Shown here: positions 52,921-64,000 of the stretch, in pieces
Layout: every line of letters starts with the position of its first letter
Numbering within the stretch: position 1 is the stretch's first letter
DNA from: Trichosphaerium sp. ATCC 40318
Lineage: Eukaryota > Protista > Tubulinea
DNA: 64,000 bases
Direction of reading: 5' to 3'
Assembly: GCA_038496445.1 (NCBI GenBank)
Contig: JALMLS010000536.1
Span: forward strand, 62,001 to 126,000
Notes under the pieces: model-generated
Told to the model about the DNA's origin: nothing
What the model saw: the letters and a program-made list of their open reading frames with translations, nothing else
Database searches by the model: none
Made by a program: the position numbers and the translations under genes

Positions 52921-54223
52921 TTACAATTTAGGACAGCCATGGTACATTGTGTTGTTACCTGGCCGAAAAACTATAGGTTTAGATGCTTTCTTCCATCCTT
53001 TGTATTCTCCTTTTGCTGCTAACTGACCTGTTTGAAGAAGTGCCTAATAAAAAACTCAGTCTGTAGTTACGGCAATCAAAGGGAAACTGCATTGTTTGGC
53101 TATTAAACATACCTTGTATAGGCCTTTATAATGAGGCAATGATAGAAATTCTTCTATAGGCATCCACTTTGCATCTGCAATCTCACTTTCTTGCTTTGTA
53201 ATCTCACTTGTGAGTGGTTTTAACATACAAACAAAGTACATGTTCGAGCTACAACACAAGTAAGAACAATTCGATAGAGTGCTTGTCGCAGGTCACTAGG
53301 TTATAACTTTATATATGTACCTCCCAAATTGGCCCGTATGTAATTCCCTTTAGTGAGTAAGAGGCGTTGGACATTAAGATAAAAGTACAAACCTGAAAGA
53401 AAGTAATTCCAAAAATTCTGTTTCTATTCCTGTTTCTTCTTTTACTTCACGTATTGCTGCTTGCCATATATCTTCACCTGGATCAACCATACCACCTTGA
53501 AGATAATATATAAGGCATGGTTATGTTAATGGTAATGTACCAGGTGTCTTCCATAGATTAAACTTTGCTGCAGGACCATTTTTTTCTTGAATAACTAAAA
53601 CTTCATTCTTGTCATTTACGACAAAACCGCCAACACCAACTGTGAAGAATGGCCCGTTTGGTAACTTATTATCTTTATCTTTTGGTATCCAGTGTTTAAG
53701 TTGTAATGATTGTGAATTGCAAGAATGAAACGTGAACCCAAGCTTTGAATCACGTGAGCGAAACTTTTTTTTGATTTTTTTTTTTGTGACACGAATACAA
53801 TCAAACGTACCTCAACTGCTATAGGGACAAATGTGGAAAGTTTTAGTGGAACATCTATCCATACCTATTATAAGTACTGTAAGCATACATTCTATCTTTA
53901 TGACGCTTGCTAACCCCTTTAACGCCTTCTTTTCTCCATTTTTCAAGCGACGCTTTAAAAATCCATTAGTAATAAAGTTGCGGAGAAAATATTCCTTCAA
54001 AAACCGTTTTTAAGCGTAAAAGTAATGATTGGTAGCGTTTCGTGGTAAAGATAATTGTCCCATAATTTGAATTCGTCTGTAGACGCCCCAATGGTTTTGT
54101 ATGATACTTACCTTGTAGCATGGCGCCAAATTCAAGCTCGTCCTCTGGTAGCATGTTTTGTTTTATTAACACGCCATTGTACGAATCTAAAGTAGTTGGA
54201 AACGTAGCCTGTTTGTCCGTCAT
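52921..54223 (-). CDS. NUDT6: Nudix hydrolase, NUDT6/FGFTNE type
   Basis: [29 protein letters not shown], Nudix box [23 protein letters not shown]; ends PKL* (PTS1-like). Confidence 0.85.
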
Positions 54224-54324
54224 GGTATATTCAAGCGCGTAATGGCGTTTACAGAAGCAGAAAAAACAAGACTGACTGCACGCTTTTTTAACACCTCGCT
54301 AAGCCACCACTGTCAAATGGGTGC

Positions 54325-56258
54325 ATGATTAAAAAGGTAAGGGACCGAGTTAAACGCTTACAAGGAATAACATCTCAACATCCTCGTACGCTCAAAATAT
54401 TACGCCAAAACATTATACTTAGCATCATTATAGCGGTAATACGAAAAACATTTCCAAAAAACCAATGGGCTACTGTAGAAAATCAACGAGTATTTCTGGA
54501 CACAGCACTAGCACCGTATCTACCCGTTAAAACGCTTGATGATTGGTACAGGGTGAAACAAACCGATTTTACAAAACTAGATGGCTTGACGCTTTTAAAA
54601 AAGTGCGTGGTGCTGTCTGAAACGCTTTTCGGCGTTATCTAGAAACACCTGATGATAACAACGTTTTTGACCGCGCTTTCTAGGTACAATGGCTCTGTAC
54701 ACCAGTTAGTTCAATCATTGTACCCAGAGCATGATTGGGTACCATGGCAGTTCGTGTACGCCGATTTTTTTTTTGAAATGACCTGTCAAATGACGTACGT
54801 CATTTTGACACATTGTAGAAATACACCACAAGGATTTTGGCAAAGTTTATCTAACCAAAGAGCCTTTTGTGATAACGAACTAAGACAACGCCTTAATTTA
54901 ACGCGTATGGAGGATATGTATAAAGTCACAGCGATGGATATAAAAAACAATGGCGGTGTGTCATTGCTGTCAATGTATGGCAACTCAGTGCAAGCACTTC
55001 TAAGAGCTGTTTATCCTGAACATAATTGGATTGCTTGGAAGTTCAAGTACGCTAGAATCGTTGATCTCCTGGCGTTAATCATCAACTTAGAAAGTGTGAG
55101 CAACTTTACTGGCAAAAACCTCGTAATGTAAAAGAGTTCTTGTCGTGTACGTCTCTGAGACATTTATTCTTTTGGGGTTTTTTTTTGACATTTATGTTTT
55201 TGGTCCTTTAGATGTTGAAAATAAGCTTAATATATCCACTCCTGAAGAGTGGTTTCATGTAACTGGTGCGGATATCGCTAGACATGGTGGTAGTGGTTTA
55301 GTTTCACAGTATCCTGAGTGCCTACGCATATTACATCCAACATATCCATGGCATGCTTTATACAAATCGAAAGAAAGAAAACCAGCCATAAAGTACTTTA
55401 ATCTCCAACTCATAATCAAGTTTAACACTAATAGAAAAGAGAGAGGGTACTGGCAAAAGGATGAGAATATTCTTACATTTCTGAAAGGTACAACTGATAA
55501 AGACTCTTTTTTTAGAGTTGACATTTTTATGTTTTAAAGGCGCTGCTGCTAAGCTGAATATCCGAGTACCTGAGGATTGGTATCGCGTGTCAAAAAACCA
55601 ACTGAAAGAATTGGGTGGCTCTTCTGTTATAAGAGTTTTTCCAGGGTGTCTGAAGCTTTTGTATCCAACAATCGATATAGAACAAGCTCACTTTCAATTC
55701 AACGAAAAAAAAGCAATTCAAAGGTATTTATTTACTGTTTTTGATGAGGCTCTCGTCATCTCACAAGTACCTAGGATGCTCCGAGTAGCGATAAAGAGTA
55801 TATTCCCAGACCTAGAAACGTTTGAAGAGTACACTTTGACGCGTATTTTGCGATCAAGGACACCGATAAGCGTTGATATTTATGTACCGAGTCTTGGTAT
55901 TGCTATTGAGTATCAAGGTACGTCAAGAATTGGAGCTTGCATCCTGACTCTGACAAAAAAGGCGAACACCATTACAAAGATACTTTGGGTACCTACGGAC
56001 CTGCGAGATTACAGCGTTCACGAGATAAAACAAAGAGAGAAAAGTGTGAATCTGCAGGCACGTTTCAAGAGGGCATAAGTGGTATCTCAATATTTCTCTG
56101 TAGGTATAACGCTAGTGCCTATTCCATATTGGTGGAAAGGAGACGAAGACAGCGTTAGAGCAACAATCAAGCATTTTCGACCTGACATTCATGTTGACGT
56201 TCCAAAAGGCGCTAAACCGCTGTTAGATTATACCGCGCATGGCAGTGGAGTATCCTGA
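54325..56258 (+). CDS. Tandem ~70-aa repeat protein with a C-terminal Vsr/RAP-like PD-(D/E)XK nuclease domain
   Basis: Four repeats W..xxN.R.F....L....DWY.V.......GG..L......L..LYP...W; C-terminus VDIYVPSLGIAIEYQGEHHY...RDKTKREKC...GITLVPIPYWW. Confidence 0.85.
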
Positions 56259-56502
56259 GCCATTCTTATTCTTAAGAAAAAAACCTCATACACTTGTAAA
56301 TATAAGCACAGCGGCATAGGGTCCCATAAAAATGGGAGGTTGGTTGTATTTATCTCCATGTTTTAGAGTTTTTCTTATGAATTTCGTTAAAGCTATACTG
56401 TACTTAGCGAGCGAACTAGAGCAAGGAGAAAATGAAACATAGTGTTTTTTTAAGCCTCAATATTATTTGTGTCCTCACAGCAAACAAGTGCTCAGAGGAA
56501 GT

Positions 56503-59118
56503 ATGGTAATAGCATCATGGGCGATAGGAAAAACAAGTGAAGAACTGCGCGTACCTTTTGATGTTGTTAGCGGATCGAAATTTTGGTTTAGAACTTAAAG
56601 ACTGTTGTTAAGTTCCAGCTTTCAGATAACGTAACAGCCAGCGTTTCTAAACAGTCATCACAGCAATCAACAATGGAAGAGAAGAGCAGACCGCAAATAA
56701 AAGAATTGTTAGATGGTGTATGTTGTTAGGACGTGATAAATTTTTGCTCACTATGTACTCAGGTCGACAGCGCATTAAATACCGTGTTTGATGGCGTTCG
56801 TAGTGAAAGTATAGATCAAACAACTGTAAAAACGTTATTGGCATACATAAAAAACATTATACAACGCGGTAACGATGAGAAATACAGAACTATCCACAAA
56901 ACTAACGCGGCGTTTCAACAAGTGCGTACTACGTATCCTCTTACTTTTATTGCACTCAAGGGAGTGCTTATTATTAGTACAATAATAAATCTGACATATT
57001 GCCAGCGAATCGGTCGTTACCCAGCCTCTGTCGATGTTCTACGCGCTGTAGGCTTCGAAGAGCGAGAGAACTCTTTTGTAATGCCAGCAACAGATATTCA
57101 TCTCAGGTAAACCGCGCACCTGTTTTCCTAACTACATACGCTCTCGTATACCACGTTAACGCATTTTTAGATTAAAAATCCTTCAGTACGCTGGACGCGT
57201 TGCTACATCGTTTCTGGCTAACCAAAACAACCTACTCGAGTTTGAAGCCACACAGAAATCAGGTACGAGTATTTCTTAGGACGCAAAAGTGTCCTCTAAC
57301 TGAGAATTTAGCTGAATCTGGATCAGCAACTGGAAAACCTGCTTTCGATTTTAATCAAATGATGGCAGCCGAAAAGAAGAAAGCACTGACAAAGAGGAGG
57401 ATGGGTAAAATGAGTGAAAGTGAGCATGAAGATAGAGCTATAGGCATGCTACTAGCTGGTGTTTGTGCTGATATACTAGGTAAGATATGAGAAAAACATA
57501 CTACATTTCCAAAACCTATGTTCAACGAAAAGAGTCATTGTCTTCTACCCGAGTTTTGACTTATTGTTTTAATTAGCTGCTCCATTTGATGGTTGGTCTG
57601 GTCAAGCTGTTGAATCAAAACACCCTGGTGGTGTATGGGTATACGAGCAAAGTACTCGTGAAGACTTACCTCGTATGTAAACTGATAATGGAAACGAACA
57701 TCTTTTTTTTTTTTTTAAACCTCTGATCTAGGTGAACGTGGAAGATACACTGAAAATACACAAGTACTCTTAGCAATATCACAGAGTATAATAGAGTGTT
57801 CAGAGCTTGTACCAAAAGCAGTAGCATCACATTGTACAGGTATAGCCCAGAATCAAAGTTTTTGTGTAATCTTAGTTTTTGAACATAGAGAGATACTCAA
57901 CGGATAGACTTTATAGCTCGTGTAAGCTTGTCTACGAACTACTAAAAAGCGGTAAAGCAAACTACCTACAAAGCGCAAGAACAGCTTTACCGTCAGAGTT
58001 TAACGATGCCAGTGCACTCATACGTGTCGCACCTGTGGCATTTACTTTTCAACGCTCTGGGTGAGTCACAAATAGACTTTTTTGTTTTTTTCTTATTTGC
58101 TTGACAGGGACCGCATTCTTTATGAAGCTGTTTGTGGTGTACTGTTAACAACACATGTTAATCCAGAAGGTATGCAGATCGAGTATAGAGAGTGTAATTG
58201 TAATATTAATACTCGTTTAGCTGTGGACGGAGCTTTTGTTTATTGTAAGGCACTTGCTGAAATATTACTTCTTGAGGTTCGTTTGCTGCTTTTTTTGGCT
58301 TCTGAGGCCTTTTAATTTAACTTATTTGTTATTGTTAGGATCGTACAAAGATTGATGTATCTAAGTGGGTTAAAGAAATGGCACATACAGCAAAGACAAA
58401 AGGATTGCGGTCGAAATTGTTAAAACTTATTGCACTTATTGATAAATTCCAGAGTGGTGATAATAAGGGTATTAGTGATCAAAAATTTTTGAGGTACATA
58501 ACCATCTACAAATAGCACCTTATTAAGCATTATGTTTAATGGTGTTATAGGTTTATATCAAGCGATGAAAAGAACCAAGCAACAGAGGTATGATTTTTCA
58601 TTTTTTTCGAACATTCACAATTTGAAAATTTTTTCTTTCTATTTTTTGATGTCTTTGTACCTCCTTGGAAGCGCTTTTATACCCTTAAAATAATGCCTGT
58701 GCCATTTCATGTGGATAATATACTGGGATTCGTGAGGGTTTTTGGTGGCTAGTTTGCTAACATTTTGATTATAGATGACAGTTTGTGCTTTATGGTTTTT
58801 TATCCGATATATAACTGATCCCGTTGAAGCAATATCAAAAGTTATACAAGCAGGTGGGCGTACTAGTACATTAGCTACAGCTGTAGCAATGCTTTTCGGA
58901 GCTTTCTATGGAGCTGGATTCATACCAAGGTACTATCAAAGAGGTAGTTGTGTACTACATTGTGCTTATTTGGTTTTTTTTTTCAAAGAATTTGGACAGA
59001 ACAAATGGAACGAGATGCCTTTGATGAAACTGTAATGGTAGCTAAACAACTTTCTACAAAGGATTTTATTGGATTTTGCTTATCAGTTGAAGAACAGAAA
59101 GCACAAAGAAACTTGTAG
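56503..59118 (+). CDS. PUB domain + ADP-ribosylglycohydrolase (ARH)-like domain (start approximate)
   Basis: TLLAYIKNIIQRGNDEKYRTIHKTNAAF...VLRAVGF (PUB); DRAIGMLLAGVCADILAAP, GRYTEN, ALIRVAP, THVNP, GGRTST (ARH fold). Confidence 0.85.
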
Positions 59119-59182
59119 TAATACACCAAAAAAAACCCGTGTAAGAAGTTTTAACTAGTTAGTACTAAATTGTTGATTTACT

Positions 59183-60609
59183 TTAAAACTCGGGCCAAAA
59201 GTTTATCCTTAGCCCTGTATTGTCTATGCATCCTAGAGAATCAATCATTTTCTGTGTTATTTGAGTATCTTTATGAGAAATGTATTTAAGGCTTGGTAAA
59301 TTAACAATTCCTGCATTAGTGATTTGTGAGCAGCCTTCTAGAGCTAATTTGTGGATGTTAACAAGACTGTTCACTCCTTTGTCAGTTATAAGCCTACAAT
59401 AAGAGAGGACTATGACTTTAACACCAACTAAGTAGCTTAAACCCTCATCTGTAACAGGTGCACCAACAATGCATATTGTATGTACTCCAGCAAGTGCTTT
59501 TAAAGTGCTGTCATCAACGCAATCAACTCCTGTAATATCTATGACTTTTACACCTGCCAATTGTTTTATCCCGTCATTTGTTACAGAGCTACAATAACTC
59601 AAGTCAATATGCTGTGCACCTACAACACATGGTATAACATCATCTGTTATTTGGTAACAATCGCCAAGTTCTATACAAGGTATACCAGCCAAAAGTTTCA
59701 ACACATTGTTTGATATCTGAGTGCAACCATGTAGCCTAATTATTTTAATTGTGTTAGTTGTTTGATTTCGTGTTAACAGATACTTTACTCCTTCATCTGT
59801 AATTTTCTTGCAGTCATTAAAAGATATGAAACTTGCATTTGTTAGAGCTCTTACACTTTTATCTGTAATGTCACATCTGTCAAGATTTATCTTGTGTACA
59901 CTACTTGAAATGGCTATGACACCTTTGTCGCTGATATTTTCACAATCAGATAAATCAATAGTGTGTACTCCAGAGAGTGCTGCAAGTCCTTTATCTGTTA
60001 TTTTTGTGTATGAAATATCAATTGTGTGGATTCCAGCAAGTTCTTGAAACCATTCATCTCTAAAATGCCCATATGATTCTAGTGTATGAATGCCAGCAAG
60101 TTGTTTAAATCCAAAACGTGTCAAGGTGCATTCATCTTCTATATGTAGCTGCAAATGATGTACACCTGAAATATGTTCTAACATAGTATCTGTTAAGGAA
60201 ATAACACCCAGTATTTCAAGGTGACGGACACCAGAGAGAGATTTAAAGTCATCATCAGTCATTGTAATATCGTCAATAACTATTGTCGTATTTTTCAACA
60301 GAGCCTTCCCGTTTAGTTTGAGTAGATTTTCTCTTGACCTCACATTCACCTCTAAATATCCCAAATGCTCTAAAATGATTGTAGAAAAGAGTTTACAAAC
60401 AAATGTGGCAGATATACGGCATTTCTTGCCCAAAAACGCCAGAATACAAAATATAATTTCTGTTGGTAGCCAAAGCAATTCTAATGGCCTACAAGAGTAT
60501 AAGTACCTTTCAATACATATTAGTCACAGTTACGAAAACAGACTTCATATAAGTCTATAAAACATGCTCATTAAACTTACTCCGCTAGAACTGTTGGTGT
60601 TTGAAGCAT
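59183..60609 (-). CDS. F-box + leucine-rich repeat protein (paralogue 2)
   Basis: Co-linear with 12551-13941; first exon MLQTPTVLAE and the same phase-2 intron position. Confidence 0.9.
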
Positions 60610-60872
60610 ACTGGCGAAGAAATGCTATTTTATTTTTTGGACACGTGGTTTTTTATTCAAGATCTTTTCAATTCTTGTTGAACGTAAGTTGACCACAAAT
60701 GCAGTAATTTGTTAAACGTTTTCCATTTTTAGTTAGAAAGACATCAAAATTGCCGTCATTTCCCTAAACGGACATAGAGAACCAAAACATAAAGTTTGGA
60801 ATTAGCTATTTGGGTTTGGTCACGAGACGATTTCTTACTACTAAACACTTATGTTTATTAGAGGTGTGATGT

Positions 60873-62284
60873 TCACAGCACTTTTGGAGTATCAATCTGA
60901 GCAAATTCGTTTACATTCAAGGTAGCCATAACTTCCTCAAATGTTGTTGGTTTTTGCTTCTCATCATCTGTTTCGATAAGACATTCCAATTTAAAATGAG
61001 GCTTTGGGGCTCCGTAGAAAGCTATTGACATGCGTTCCTAAGGCATTAAAAGGTTAGTTCAAAAATGCAACGAATCTTTAGGTTTTTTTCTTGTTCTAGT
61101 TGTACATACCGCATAATCTGTTGCCCATCTTACTCTGTGTGGTGTTGGTATCCATTTTTGATTTGTCCATCTGCCTAAAATGAAGCCAATATTCACAAAT
61201 AAAGCACCAGGTATTGGATCAGCGTACACCTTGAAATCAAAATAAGAACAGTGATTCGATGACAATAATTTCTTGCACCCATTCATTGTTTTTTTTCTTG
61301 ACTTCTAATGATTTTGTAGCTTCTGTCATTGCCAGTATTGTCATTGTAACAAAATCAATATGCTCAGCCATACGCATTTGTCTTTCCTTTGGAGTTGATT
61401 TTGGATAGTAATTTGCTTTCAATGCAAACACTCCATCAAAGTGAGGCTTGATTAGTTTATCAGGGTCTATGTGTAATCCCTGTGCTGATATTCTACAGGA
61501 CAGAATGGTGAGCATGGAAGCCACATGCCAAAACAACAGACATTACCTCAACAACACGAAATACAAGTTTCTCATTGCATAGTAGTAATCACGTGTAGCC
61601 AAATCATGATCATGACATGGTGGAGGTACATTACTCTCATACAGTACATGAGATGTCAAGTCTTCTGGAGGAGGTGTGAATGGGCCAACAGCAAACCTTT
61701 CAAGGGCATCATTTGGATATCCCTTTCTACCCTTTTTGAACAAGTTTAGAAGATGTAAGAGGCCACTGGGATGGATAGAAACGTACAAGCAATGCACTAA
61801 CATTTTCACCTTCATAAGGAGAATATCCACGACCTGCAATACACTTTTTGGCGTGTTTCATTTTCTCACTTACAGGTTTCTTGAAAAACTTATCATTCTC
61901 TTTGAACATATTGTCGATAATACTTTGATCAATTCCATGACCGGTGATGTACAAACAACCAATATTGGTAAAAGCTATTAGCATGATAAGAAAATAAAGT
62001 CGTTTCAAATCACGTGTGGATTGGAACAGAAGAAAATCTAGTGGAAGAAAAAAGAATAGGTTTCTTTGTGGCATTCATGAGTATCAGGGGCTTTTTGTTA
62101 CCTTTCTCAATAGCATCTGCTACCACTTGTTGTTTAGCGGGAGAACTTGAGTAGTATCCAGAAATATCAACCACTACTAAGCCATTTTTAAGAGTACCTG
62201 TATCACATGGCTGTTAAAAAAGGAGTGTAAGAACTGGAATAGCTTACGAACAGTTCGGTTGCTGCTATCAGGAGTTGTTGCCAT
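60873..62284 (-). CDS. 2-oxoglutarate/Fe(II) dioxygenase, IPNS/DIOX family
   Basis: VVDISG, GCLYITGHGI, RGY, NYYP, EHIDFVTMTIL (HxD), WTNQKWIPTPHRV, RMSIAFY. Confidence 0.9.
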
Positions 62285-62754
62285 AGTAGTACAATGATCA
62301 GATTATACGCCTCGTAGCACCCAATAGTTATTCATAGTGGCGAAAATGGGATTTTTGGAAACTCTAAACTTCAGCCTACATAGTGCTCAATTGTAAGAAG
62401 CACGGGATCAGTTAAATTAACCGGCCAAACTGGGACAACTATTAATCCGGTTTTGTTGGAAACATAGTTGGTGCAAGACTTATACAAGTAGTATCTATCA
62501 ACGGCGTACTAAGCTTTTTACCACTGCAGGCCTGTTGTGAACGGACTCAAACAACAGTTTTTAACAACAATAGTGGTATGTTGTTATGATTATCAGTTAG
62601 TTAACCAGGCTATTTTCATTTCTTCTCCAAGCGAGTTGTACTTCGCGCTTGTGGTTTCAAATCTCTAAACTTACATGTGACAGACCGTCACGCTAGTTGC
62701 CTGATTTTAAAATTGTGGAAAACACGTGACGAATGAGTAATAATATTGTGTTTA

Positions 62755-64000
62755 TTAGTGTTTAAAGAACTTTTGGTCATTCGAAAAGATCTTAGGCAAT
62801 AAGCCTAACATCATACGTGCATAGCTAACAGGAGCATAATACCAATAAGTACGCCGAATAGCATTAATTATGCCTTCAGTATACATCCATTGCTTACGAG
62901 CAATGGCTGCTTTGTACTGTGCAACAGCATCCTAAGCCAGATGAGCATTCAAAAAAAAAAGTTGTAAGTGAAAAAAATAAGAACACATGCTTGAGGTTCC
63001 TTAGAGTCTTATGGTTACATGTAGTTTGTTTTTGTGCGTACTTCAATCGGATAAGATAACCTTTTAGAGCTTTTTATGGTGGATTCAGGGACCTTGTCAA
63101 CATCCACGTGCGATCCGTCTGGTAGAGACATTGCTGAAAGGAATCCGGTTTGTATAGGGCCAGGGCAAATAAGTGTAACGCCTAGCTCTTTGTCAATGTT
63201 CTCCCATCTTACTGCTTCAAAGAATCCTAGGAAACATCATTAAAAAATTATGTTAGCAAGCAGAAGACTAACCCTTTAGAGCCCATTTTGATGCGTGATA
63301 AACACTGACTCCAGGTGCAGTAATTCTACCTTAATAGCGTTAGAAAGAAGATACTTCTTTGGTTCTTTTAACGACTACAGCTTCTTACCAGCCATTGAAC
63401 TTATAGCAGCGATTGACCCACGTGATTTGCGCAAGTGAGGTATAGCGTATTTTGTAACCATAATCGCTCCTTTAACGTTAACATCAAGAATACGTTGTAC
63501 AACACTCTCATCCATGTGCTCGGCAAATCCCATTATACCTAAAAACACTTGTTACCACTGAAACAAGCTCGCCAAACCTCAGACTTTGTGCTATCAAAAT
63601 ACGTACCAAACCCAGCATTTACGATGAGAAGGTCAATAGAACCATATTTACTGACGGCCTGATCAATCAAGTTCCTAAAAAAGTTGTGATTCGGGCTTTT
63701 TATTGTTCAAGGCGGTGCAATATTTGTCCGTTCAACCGTACTTTAAATCTGAGTCTACTGTGACATCCGTCTTTACCACGAGCGCACTACCGCCACAACT
63801 TTCGACTTTCTTGGCAACTTCTTCGAGCTTAGACTCTGTTCTAGCGCCCAAAACAACACTAACTTGGTTTAACAAGTGGTAGAACGATTACACGTGATTT
63901 CCAAAATTATGACAAGGGGTAACTTTTCACCGTACTTTGCACCATCTTTTGCGTAAGCGTAAGCAAATTCAGCACCAATGCCAGAACTAGCGCCTGTAAT
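62755..64000 (-). CDS. Short-chain dehydrogenase/reductase (DHRS7/11-beta-HSD-like; 5'-truncated)
   Basis: ITGASSGIG, DLLIVNAG, SSMAG, YHASKWAL (YxxxK), ICPGPI. Confidence 0.9.

Noticed and set aside
1-64000. Alternative genetic code, selenoprotein, CRISPR array, tRNA or rRNA
   Set aside because: In-frame stops are explained by introns or isolated indels; no cloverleaf, rRNA or repeat-spacer array was seen.

Overview
A compact, AT-rich eukaryotic (protist, probably amoebozoan-like; taxon inferred) genomic window. It holds about 28 protein-coding genes in the standard code, mostly broken by short (~40-120 nt) spliceosomal introns, so the ORF track shows only fragments; all gene models below were spliced by hand. 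Recognisable genes: FIBP, an AKAP7-type 2H phosphoesterase, KDM8/JMJD5, Rix1/PELP1, RPB7, OST3/6, two F-box/LRR paralogues, a GFA-domain protein, a GH78 rhamnosidase, an ankyrin-PARP, a CaMK fused to a penta-EF-hand domain, La, a CHTOP-like protein, a PPR protein, a cytochrome P450, NUDT6, a PUB-ARH fusion, a 2OG-Fe(II) oxygenase and an SDR. There is also a pogo/Fot-like DD35D transposon with TIRs. Most notable: (1) at least four minor-spliceosome (U12-type) introns, two apparently with non-AG 3' ends (GT-AT and GT-CG/TG), plus at least six GC-AG introns; (2) a modular tandem-repeat protein with a Vsr/RAP-like nuclease domain whose repeats are bounded by recurring introns; (3) F-box/LRR paralogues that differ mainly at ligand-facing positions, with orphan LRR cassettes nearby; (4) a catalytically degenerate ARH fused to a p97-binding PUB domain; (5) strong enrichment of the (T)CACGTG(A) palindrome in long introns.
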